NCBI GenBank assembly: GCA_965204095.1
Contig: OZ241991.1
Coordinates: forward strand, 2,376,720-2,440,719
Source of the DNA: Bryobacterales bacterium
GTDB taxonomy: Bacteria; Acidobacteriota; Terriglobia; Bryobacterales; UBA6623
Length of the DNA stretch: 64,000 nt
Direction of reading: 5' to 3'
Shown: positions 1-7,520 of the stretch, piece after piece
Numbering within the stretch: position 1 is the stretch's first letter
How the letters are laid out: each line of letters begins with the position of its first letter
Program-made: the position numbers and the translations under genes
Notes under the pieces: generated by a model
What the model was told of the DNA's origin: nothing
Seen by the model: only the letters and a program-made list of their open reading frames with translations
Databases searched by the model: none

Positions 1-1
1 A

Positions 2-862
2 CACGGAGGCCCCGTCCGGCTGAAACTGGAGACCCAGCAGCCGACCGGCTCGTTCAAGGTGCGGCCGTCGATGAACAGCATGCTGACGCACCTGGAGCAA
101 GCACGGTCGAAGGGGGTCGTGACATCGTCCTCGGGCAACTTCGCGCAGGGCGCCGCGTATGCGGCGCGGCGACTGGGAGTCGATCTTCAGGTAGTGATGA
201 TGAAGAGCGCCTCGGGATTCAAACGGCAGCGGACCGAGGAGTTGGGAGCGACAGTGGTTCCGTGCGAGAACACCTTCAAAGACCGCTGGGACACGACGTA
301 CCGGATCGCGGGTGAATCGGGGCGTCTGTTGATTCACCCGTATGATTCCGAGGAGACCATAGCGGGCGACGGAACGATCGGGCTCGAACTGCTGGAGCAG
401 GTCGAAGGGGATTTTTGCGTCGTCGTACCGATCAGCGGCGGCGGCGTGATCTCGGGCATCGCAACGGCCATCAAGGAGAAACGCCCGGGGTGCCGCGTGG
501 TGGGCGCGCAACCGTCGGCGAACGGGTCGATGGCTCGTTCGCTGGAGGCGGGCAAGCCGGTGGCGGTAACGCCCGGACCGACCTTGGCGGACGCCTTGAT
601 GATCGCGCAGCCGGGGAAACGTACGTTCGAGATCGTACGGCGGCTCGTGGACGACGTCGCCGCCGTGGACGAGAGCGAGATCAGGGGCGCGATGAAGCTG
701 CTGGCGGAGCAGCAGAAGCTCGTCGTCGAAGGCGGCGGGGCGGTGGGCACGGCGGCTCTGCTGAGCGGAAAAGTGAAGAGTGCCGGACTGCCGGTGGTGT
801 GCGTACTCAGCGGAGGGAACATTCAGCCGAGCAAGCTGGCGGAGATATTGGCGGCATCCTAG
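2..862 (+). CDS. PLP-dependent threonine/serine dehydratase family enzyme (5' end outside window)
   Basis: The frame is open from nt 2. The translation LKLETQQPTGSFKVRPS carries the PLP-lysine motif (TGSFK) of the PALP fold, followed by SSGNFAQGAAYAA and the glycine loop PISGGGVISG. Stop TAG 860-862 is the first 3 nt of a repeat element. Confidence 0.8.
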   Translation, partial: HGGPVRLKLETQQPTGSFKVRPSMNSMLTHLEQARSKGVVTSSSGNFAQGAAYAARRLGVDLQVVMMKSASGFKRQRTEELGATVVPCENTFKDRWDTTYRIAGESGRLLIHPYDSEETIAGDGTIGLELLEQVEGDFCVVVPISGGGVISGIATAIKEKRPGCRVVGAQPSANGSMARSLEAGKPVAVTPGPTLADALMIAQPGKRTFEIVRRLVDDVAAVDESEIRGAMKLLAEQQKLVVEGGGAVGTAALLSGKVKSAGLPVVCVLSGGNIQPSKLAEILAAS

Positions 863-1241
863 CCTACATTTCTCACCACCCGACGGCCGAAGCACGCAAA
901 AAAGGCCGTGTTTCGAAAAAAGGCCGTGTTTCGTGTCTCGTGATTCGTGTTTCGTGAAAACCTGTTGGTCGCGGCTTGGTGTTGCTCTAGTCGGAACTCC
1001 AGACGGGCAGGGAGCTCAAAAGCCGTGATTCGAAAAAAACCCGTGTTTCGTGTTTCGTGTCTCGTGACCCCAAAACCCTGGCAGGCGGTACGGCCGTGGC
1101 TCCAAGGCGGCTTGGATCAAAAGCCGTGATTCGTGTCTCGTGAAAAACCTTACAGGCCGTGTTGCCGGCGCCAAGCGGCGCGCCTCGACCTGACGGCCCT
1201 CTCACGCACCTCGCCACGCCACACGGATAGAAAAGCAGGCT
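860..1241 (+). mobile_element. MITE-like repeat, long variant (copy 1)
   Basis: It starts TAGCCTACATTTCTCACCACCCGACGG and ends ...CCTGACGGCCCTCTCACGCACCTCGCC...AAAAGCAGGCT. It contains three GTGWYTC heptamer blocks. It is alignable with the copies at 4624, 23262 and 28818. Confidence 0.75.
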
Positions 1242-1337
1242 CACCCGCTTCGCGTCCGGCGCGGCGCCGGCGACTTGTCAGACACCCCTGCCGGGCGCAA
1301 CAAGCTGTCCGCCTCGAAACCGAAGCACAGCCATCCG

Positions 1338-2294
1338 TCACTGAGACGGGGCAGGAAGACAGCCCCTCGCGCGAAGCGTTGCCGGCAGCAAAGCAGCATA
1401 GATTGCCGAGTGGACGGGCGCCGGCACTCCTGATTCGCGGGCAAAACGGACCACGGCGCCGGTCTGGAACTCGAACTCGGAAGGTTTGCCGGCGAGGATG
1501 TCACGATGCATGGAAGCGGTCGCATCGGCAGGGAGCCGATCGATGCGGCGGATCGCCCGTTCGGGAAGGGAGGGATCAAGCGCGACGCCCCGCTTGGAGG
1601 CGAGGGCGACGATTTCCTCCATGGCCGACAGCAGCATGCGGCGGGTTTCGGGAACGGTGCGGAGAACGCCAGCGGGCTCACGAACGACGGAGCCCACGGC
1701 GCCGAGCGGCTCGACATGCATGAGCTTCTGCCACAGGGCAACCTGAATGTCGTCCGGCACGACGGCGGCCATGCCGACGGCGGGGGTGAAGGCGGCGCGA
1801 ACCCGCTCGACTCTCGCGGTCTTCCCGCCGCTCATCTCACCGAACTCGATAGCGGGTTCAAGGCCAATGTGCGCGATGGACACGGGGCCGGTCTTCGAAG
1901 CGAAGATCTTGCAGAGCCCGCCGAGGACGACTTCCGGACCGAGCGCTTGCGAGAGCAGAGCCGGGGCCTCGAGGCCGTTCTGCATCGGGATGAGGACGGT
2001 GTCCGCTCCCACGAGCGGAGCGAGCGAGGGCGCGATTTCCCGGACCTGGTAAGCTTTGACCGCGACGAGGACGACATCGCAGGGGCCGATCTGCGCCGGG
2101 TCGCCCGCGACATTCGGATTCCGAATCTCGAAATCTCCGGCAATGCTTTGAATCCTCAGCCCCTCTGCCCGCAGGGAGGCGAGAGTCTTTCCGCGAGCGA
2201 GAAAAACGACATCGAGACCGGCCTGCGCCAGCCGTCCTCCAAAGTAGCCCCCAACGGCCCCCACTCCAACCACGACGATTCGCATGGCATCCAT
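1338..2294 (-). CDS. panE: 2-dehydropantoate 2-reductase (ketopantoate reductase, ApbA/PanE family)
   Basis: 318-aa ORF with the N-terminal Rossmann motif VVVGVGAVGGYFGGRLA. The overall sequence is PanE/ApbA-like. Confidence 0.8.
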   Translation of the reverse strand: MDAMRIVVVGVGAVGGYFGGRLAQAGLDVVFLARGKTLASLRAEGLRIQSIAGDFEIRNPNVAGDPAQIGPCDVVLVAVKAYQVREIAPSLAPLVGADTVLIPMQNGLEAPALLSQALGPEVVLGGLCKIFASKTGPVSIAHIGLEPAIEFGEMSGGKTARVERVRAAFTPAVGMAAVVPDDIQVALWQKLMHVEPLGAVGSVVREPAGVLRTVPETRRMLLSAMEEIVALASKRGVALDPSLPERAIRRIDRLPADATASMHRDILAGKPSEFEFQTGAVVRFARESGVPAPVHSAIYAALLPATLRARGCLPAPSQ

Positions 2295-2359
2295 TGTCGC
2301 GAACCGCCGCAGCCTGCGTTTCAGGCGAAGTGCGCGAGAGAGCCGACAGTACGGCCGAC

Positions 2360-3547
2360 TCAGCCCATCACCTGCGCTGATGCGAGGTCCAGGAACGGTT
2401 CCCCTTCCGCGAAGCGAGCCGCTCTCAAGGCGTGAACATCAAAGCTTTCGGCCGCGCCGTCGAGGATCATCTCGCCGAGAATCCTGCTCACCGCGGGGGC
2501 CATCTTGAAACCATGTCCGCTGAAACCGACGGCGCAGAAGAGGCCTTCGACGCCGGGCAGACGATCCAGGATGGGGTGCCAGTCCGGGGTGACGGAGTAG
2601 AGCGCGCCATAGCCTCCGCGGCCAGCCGCGCGCTGGAGGGAGGGGTTTCGACGCTGGATCTTGCGCCGCATCTCGTCGACAAATTCCCGGTCGGCGACCT
2701 CGTTGTAGGCATCCGGGTCGACTTCGGCGCGCTCTTCTCTGGGATCGATATTGCCGATGTGGAGCAGGCCGCCCGGCAACGGCCGGCAGTAGGTCTCATG
2801 GACAAAGTCACAGTAGACCGGCTGCCGCCGGGGCCGGCCGGAAGAACAGGGACCCCGCAGCATGGCGATCTGAACACGACAGGGCTTGACGGGCAGCGAG
2901 AAACCGGCCGTTTCAGCCAGAGCCGCGCTCCAGGGACCGGCGGCGAGGACGACCGTTCCAGCGGCGATCTCACCATCCGTGGCCGCAACTCCGGCGACCT
3001 TTCCGCTCTGCGTGAGGATGCGTGTCGCCCGCGAGCCCTCACGAATTTCCACGCCCTTCGAACGGGCCGCCCGGGCGTACGACGCGACGACCTGCAGGGC
3101 GTCGCAATATCCGGCCTGTTCCTCGAACGCCGCCACCTCACCGTCGGCGAGCGAGGCTTCCGGATCGATCTCCCGCAGCTCGTCTTTAGAAATCAAGTTC
3201 ACTTTCACGCCCATCCGCCGCTGCAGATCGAGCACGAACTCCAAATGCCGGCGGCGGCTCGGGGGAGCGATGATGAGGAGCCCCGCCCTTGTAAACACGG
3301 GAGGTCCGCCGAACACGTCCGTGAAGGTCTCGAAAGTACGCAGGCCGTGCAGCGCCATCGACGTGGTCAGAGGGTGGGAGTAATGGCACCGAATGTTCGC
3401 GCCCGACTTCCCGGAAGATCCTGCGCCCAGGGCTTTTTTTTCAAGGACGGCCACCGCTCCAGCGCCGCGCCGCGCCAACTCGCAGCCAATGGCGACACCC
3501 ATCACGCCGCCCCCGATCACAACAACATCGGCCGTATTCTTCATCAC
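2360..3547 (-). CDS. FAD-dependent oxidoreductase (DAO / sarcosine oxidase beta-like family)
   Basis: 395-aa ORF with the dinucleotide-binding motif VVVIGGGVMGVAIGCELARRG. Length and C-terminal region fit glycine/D-amino-acid oxidase-type flavoproteins. Confidence 0.75.
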   Translation of the reverse strand: MMKNTADVVVIGGGVMGVAIGCELARRGAGAVAVLEKKALGAGSSGKSGANIRCHYSHPLTTSMALHGLRTFETFTDVFGGPPVFTRAGLLIIAPPSRRRHLEFVLDLQRRMGVKVNLISKDELREIDPEASLADGEVAAFEEQAGYCDALQVVASYARAARSKGVEIREGSRATRILTQSGKVAGVAATDGEIAAGTVVLAAGPWSAALAETAGFSLPVKPCRVQIAMLRGPCSSGRPRRQPVYCDFVHETYCRPLPGGLLHIGNIDPREERAEVDPDAYNEVADREFVDEMRRKIQRRNPSLQRAAGRGGYGALYSVTPDWHPILDRLPGVEGLFCAVGFSGHGFKMAPAVSRILGEMILDGAAESFDVHALRAARFAEGEPFLDLASAQVMG

Positions 3548-3601
3548 TGATCCCGCTTGATCCGGCGGTACAAGAAATTAGTATGAACCAGCCGGGAGTC
3601 C

Positions 3602-4552
3602 TCAGGCGCCGTCACCGCGACCAGCCTCACCACCCTGGTCGGAGGTTACGGATGCGCGTTCAGGAAAAGAGACCCCGACCAGCTCGCGACACGCCTCCAG
3701 GGCCGAGGCGAGAAAGCCGGCGGCGCGCAGCGACTGCTCGTCCGCGCCGCCGGCGGCCACCAGATTCGGTCCCGTCAGCACGGCCCCGAGCCAGCCTTCG
3801 GCGTGCCATTGCCCTTCGCCCGCCAGGAGCGGCAAGGGCGGGTCATGCGGATACGGCCACGGAGTCACGTAGAGATAGGGCTCGCAGTAATCCTCGTCCC
3901 CCGGCGTCATGCCCACTCCGATCGAGCGGCCGGAATCGCGCCCCTGGGCCGGCTGGAACTCGATCAACGTGGCCAAGTCGAAATGGTGCGGCCAGCAGCG
4001 AACCGGGGACGCCTCGGGCGTCTCGGCCTCGATCTTGCGGCACAGGCGGTCGTTGTTCGCAAACCAACGCCGCAGTTCGGCAAAGGCTTCCGGCGCGGCG
4101 AAGGAAAACGGCTGGCCCTGGGCGACCGGATGCGCCGGGATGAGGTTGGGCGAACGGACGATCTCCTTCGAGAGCCTGCTCTCCGAGAATTGCCCGATCA
4201 CGGACTCCAACCAGGCGTAGGCCACCTCGACGGTTTGTCCGTCGAGATCGAAGGAGCTGAGGATCGTGCGGCGGTCCTCGCCGCTGACCAGAAGCAGCCG
4301 CAGCCCCGCGACGTCCAAGGCGGCATGAAAGGACGGGTCGCCAGCGGCGGGCTTGCTCGTCAGAGCGCCGAGGGAGTCGATCCATTCGAGGTTGGTGTGG
4401 CTGTCGTCCCCGGCCGGTTCAACGAAAGTAAATCCGACCGAGCTCGCGATTTGAGCAGCGTGATGAAGCTGCAGCCGCGCGTCGACGAGGCTGCCCGGTG
4501 AAGGGTCTCCGAGCTTTTCCCAATCCAAGGCGGACTCCGCCGAGATGGTCAT
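3602..4552 (-). CDS. hypothetical protein
   Basis: The ORF track gives 3602..4633, but codons upstream of Met-28 (ATG at 4552, MTISAESAL...) run into the repeat element at 4624. I recognise no domain. Confidence 0.5.
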   Translation of the reverse strand: MTISAESALDWEKLGDPSPGSLVDARLQLHHAAQIASSVGFTFVEPAGDDSHTNLEWIDSLGALTSKPAAGDPSFHAALDVAGLRLLLVSGEDRRTILSSFDLDGQTVEVAYAWLESVIGQFSESRLSKEIVRSPNLIPAHPVAQGQPFSFAAPEAFAELRRWFANNDRLCRKIEAETPEASPVRCWPHHFDLATLIEFQPAQGRDSGRSIGVGMTPGDEDYCEPYLYVTPWPYPHDPPLPLLAGEGQWHAEGWLGAVLTGPNLVAAGGADEQSLRAAGFLASALEACRELVGVSFPERASVTSDQGGEAGRGDGA

Positions 4553-4623
4553 GAACGGACAACATAACACTCTTGCCACCGGCAGGGGTTTCCCGCCATG
4601 GGGTTTCCGAGGCCCATCCGCGC

Positions 4624-4923
4624 TAGCCTGCATTTCTCACCACCCGACGGTCGAAGCACACGAGAAAAAGGCCGTGATTCGTGTTTCGTGTCTCGTGATT
4701 CGTGAAAGCCATGGGAGGGGGCTTGGTTGGCTCCAGAAGAAATGTCTGACGGCCTGTGAACGGTAAAGGCCGTGTTTCGTGACCCGAGAGGTAAAGGAAG
4801 CGATTTGTCAAGTACGCCTGCGCGCGCCAAGCGGCTCGCGCCTTTTTCCTCCGCCCGGCTTGCGCCTAGTCCTGACGGCCCTCTCACGCACTTCGCCTCG
4901 CCACGTGGTGAGACATGCAGGCC
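4624..4923 (+). mobile_element. MITE-like repeat, long variant (copy 2)
   Basis: 5' end TAGCCTGCATTTCTCACCACCCGACGG and 3' end CCACGTGGTGAGACATGCAGGCC. It has a heptamer block at 4665-4710 and the internal module CCATGGGAGGGGGCTTGGTTGGCTCCAGAAGAAATGTCTGACGG, which is shared with 23305 and 29345. Confidence 0.8.
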
Positions 4924-5099
4924 AGGGCCGGAAAACATTGCGGCTCGGACGGGGCTCGACTATGCTGATGCTTGCCGCAGCGGCCCGCTTTTTCGCTCCG
5001 GGGCGCGGACGGCCGGTGGTCTCGACGGCCGTCCTGACGAATCCGCCGCATCCATACTTTGCTTGTGGACGGCGCCACTTTTTCTCACGGGAGTAGCAC

Positions 5100-6854
5100 A
5101 TGAGCCGCCCTCTTCGCTCGCAGGACTGGTTTGGACGCAAGGACAAGCTGGGCTTCATTCACCGTTCGTGGATGAAGACGGAAGGCTTCTCCGACTCGGT
5201 GTTCCGGAACAAGCCGGTCATCGGCATCTGCAACTCATGGAGCGAGCTTACGAACTGCAACGCGCACCTGCGTCAAGTCGCGGAGGCGGTGAAGCGCGGC
5301 GTCTGGGCGGCGGGGGGATTTCCCCTGGAGTTCCCCACCATCTCGCTGGGCGAGCCGTTCATGCGGCCGACGTCGATGATGTTCCGCAACCTGATGGCGA
5401 TGGACGTGGAGGAATCGATCCGGGCCAATCCGCTGGACGGAGTCGTGCTCCTGTGCGGTTGCGACAAGACCACGCCGGCGCAACTGATGGGCGCGGCGAG
5501 CGCCGGGCTGCCGGCGATCATGGTCACCGGCGGGCCGATGCTCCGGGGCATGTGGCAGAACCAGCCTCTCGGCTCCGGCACCGACGTCTGGCATTACTGG
5601 GACGAGTTGCGCGCCGGCCGCATCAACGAGGAGGAGTGGTGCGAGCTGGAAAGCTGCATGTCGCGCAGCACCGGCCACTGCATGGTGATGGGCACGGCGT
5701 CCACGATGACGAGCCTGGCCGAAGCGATGGGCATGACGTTGACGGGTTGCGCGAGCATTCCCGCGGCCGATTCCCGGCGCAACGAGATCGCCGAGCGCAG
5801 CGGAGCGCGGATCGTCGCCATGGTCCGTGAGAACCTGACGCCGGACAAGATCATCACCCGCAAAGCGATCGAGAACGCAATCCGGGTGAACATGGCGATC
5901 GGCGGCTCGACGAACGCCATCATCCACCTCAAGGCGGTGGCGGGGCGTTTGGGCATCGATCTGCCGCTGAGGTTGTACGACGAAATCTCGAACATCACGC
6001 CTGTGATCGCGAACATCCGTCCCTCGGGAGAGTACCTGATGGAGGACCTGTTCTACGCGGGAGGGGTGCCGGCGGTGATGAAGCAGATCGAGAGCATGCT
6101 TCATCCCGACACCCTCACAGTGACGGGCAAGACTACGGCCGAGAACATCGCTTCGGCGAAATGCCACAACGCGGATGTGATTCGTTCGCTCGACAACCCC
6201 TTGCAGACCGAGGGCGGGACCGTCATTCTCTACGGCAATCTCTGTCCGGACGGCGCGGTGATCAAGACGAGCGCCGCCGATCCCAGGCTGATGAGCCACA
6301 CGGGCCGGGCGGTGGTGTTCGAAGATCACGAGGATTTCATGGTCCGCTATGACGACCCGGCTCTCGAAATCGAAGAAACCTGCGTCATGGTGCTCAAGAA
6401 CGGCGGACCCAAGGGCGGACCGGGGATGCCGGAATACGGCAACCTGCCGATACCGGCGAAGCTGTTGAAGAAGGGCGTCAGCGACATGGTGCGCATCAGC
6501 GACTCGCGGATGAGCGGGACGAGCTACGGCACGGTCGTGCTGCACGTCTCTCCCGAGTCGGCGGTGGGCGGCCCGCTGTGGGCGGTCCGGAACGGCGACG
6601 AGATTCGGCTGGATGTGGAGAACCGCCGGCTCGATCTGCTGATCGACGACCACGAGATGAACCGCCGGCTGCGACTCTTCAAACCCCGGGCGCCGCACTA
6701 CGACCGGGGCTACGGGCGGCTCTTCATCGACAGCGTCCTGCAGGCGGATCAGGGCTGCGACTTCAGCTTCCTCGTCCCGTCGGAGAAACAGGATGCGAAC
6801 GGCGACTACGCCGAAGGGACGCGGGCGGCGGACAAGCTGCCACTGGCGTTCTAG
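5100..6854 (+). CDS. IlvD/Edd family dehydratase (sugar-acid / dihydroxy-acid dehydratase-like)
   Basis: 584-aa ORF with GGGAG 8 nt upstream of the ATG. Sequence is IlvD/Edd-like throughout (VIGICNSWSELTNCNAHL, GCDKTTPAQLMG, GHCMVMGTASTM). Confidence 0.85.
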   Translation: MSRPLRSQDWFGRKDKLGFIHRSWMKTEGFSDSVFRNKPVIGICNSWSELTNCNAHLRQVAEAVKRGVWAAGGFPLEFPTISLGEPFMRPTSMMFRNLMAMDVEESIRANPLDGVVLLCGCDKTTPAQLMGAASAGLPAIMVTGGPMLRGMWQNQPLGSGTDVWHYWDELRAGRINEEEWCELESCMSRSTGHCMVMGTASTMTSLAEAMGMTLTGCASIPAADSRRNEIAERSGARIVAMVRENLTPDKIITRKAIENAIRVNMAIGGSTNAIIHLKAVAGRLGIDLPLRLYDEISNITPVIANIRPSGEYLMEDLFYAGGVPAVMKQIESMLHPDTLTVTGKTTAENIASAKCHNADVIRSLDNPLQTEGGTVILYGNLCPDGAVIKTSAADPRLMSHTGRAVVFEDHEDFMVRYDDPALEIEETCVMVLKNGGPKGGPGMPEYGNLPIPAKLLKKGVSDMVRISDSRMSGTSYGTVVLHVSPESAVGGPLWAVRNGDEIRLDVENRRLDLLIDDHEMNRRLRLFKPRAPHYDRGYGRLFIDSVLQADQGCDFSFLVPSEKQDANGDYAEGTRAADKLPLAF

Positions 6855-6931
6855 GCTGAATTTCAGGAGCTTCCGAATGTCTTTCTCCCTGCCATGGTGA
6901 AAGCACTGGATTTGAATGAATCCGTGCACGA

Positions 6932-7344
6932 ATGCCGCAAGGCCCGGGCCCGGACATAGCATTGTTAGCCGACCAGGGGAAGACCGGAGAACGTAGATAA
7001 ACCGGACCATCACATCGAAGCTCCCGCGGGCGCTGCGTGCATGCTGTTTGGAGATCCTGACTGCGTCGTTGGCTCTCTCGACCAACGGCGGCGAAACCTA
7101 TCTGGGTTAATTCTCCGGCGTTCCCGACAGCGACGACTTCAATGGCGTCAGCGTGCTGCTTAGCGGCGCCGTGGTGCTGGAAACCACCACTCCCGATTCC
7201 GATGGTCGATTCGCGTTCTACGGTCTGGCCGATGGCGGCCACATCGTTCAGGTTCGCAAACCGGGGTACAAATCATCGCCTGCCCGGCCGTTCCGAGTAG
7301 AGATGGGAGGGCAGGTCTCGTCGACAAGCGCCGGGCCGCGCCAA
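6932..7344 (+). pseudogene. Degenerate tandem duplicate of the 5' end of the 7521..10217 gene
   Basis: About 410 bp aligns base-for-base with 7455-7856 (offset 523 bp). The start codon context GGAGATGAACCGGACC has become GTAGATAAACCGGACC. An in-frame TAA appears where the intact copy reads CTGGGCCAAGTC (CTGGGTTAATTC). Residual ORF 7153..7482 keeps the TTTPDSDGRFAFYGLADG...VRKPGYKSS segment. Confidence 0.75.
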
Positions 7345-7520
7345 AGGACAGTCGCAGGTTTTTCTGCACGTATTCACAAAAGAGTCACGATTTATGAGGC
7401 TCAGATCACGGCAAGTTCATTCACGTCTGGTAGATTTCAAGTTCAGGCTCGCCCATGCCGCAAGGCCCGACGACCGGGCTGAGCCTTGTTTGCCGACCGG
7501 CGAAAGACCAGAAGGCGGAG

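Noticed and set aside
899-963. CRISPR-like array suggested by closely spaced short repeats
   Set aside because: The repeat unit is only 7 nt with no spacers. The blocks are internal modules of a dispersed element, and no cas genes are present.
5235-7085. Very long antisense or overlapping ORFs (for example 5235..7085 -, 616 aa; 7797..9149 -; 10323..11672 -; 14380..15705 -; 54737..55636 -; 60177..61136 -)
   Set aside because: They lie opposite, or out of frame to, genes with clear family motifs. They are Arg/Ala/Pro/Gly-rich with no recognisable motifs. Stop-poor alternative frames are expected at this GC content.
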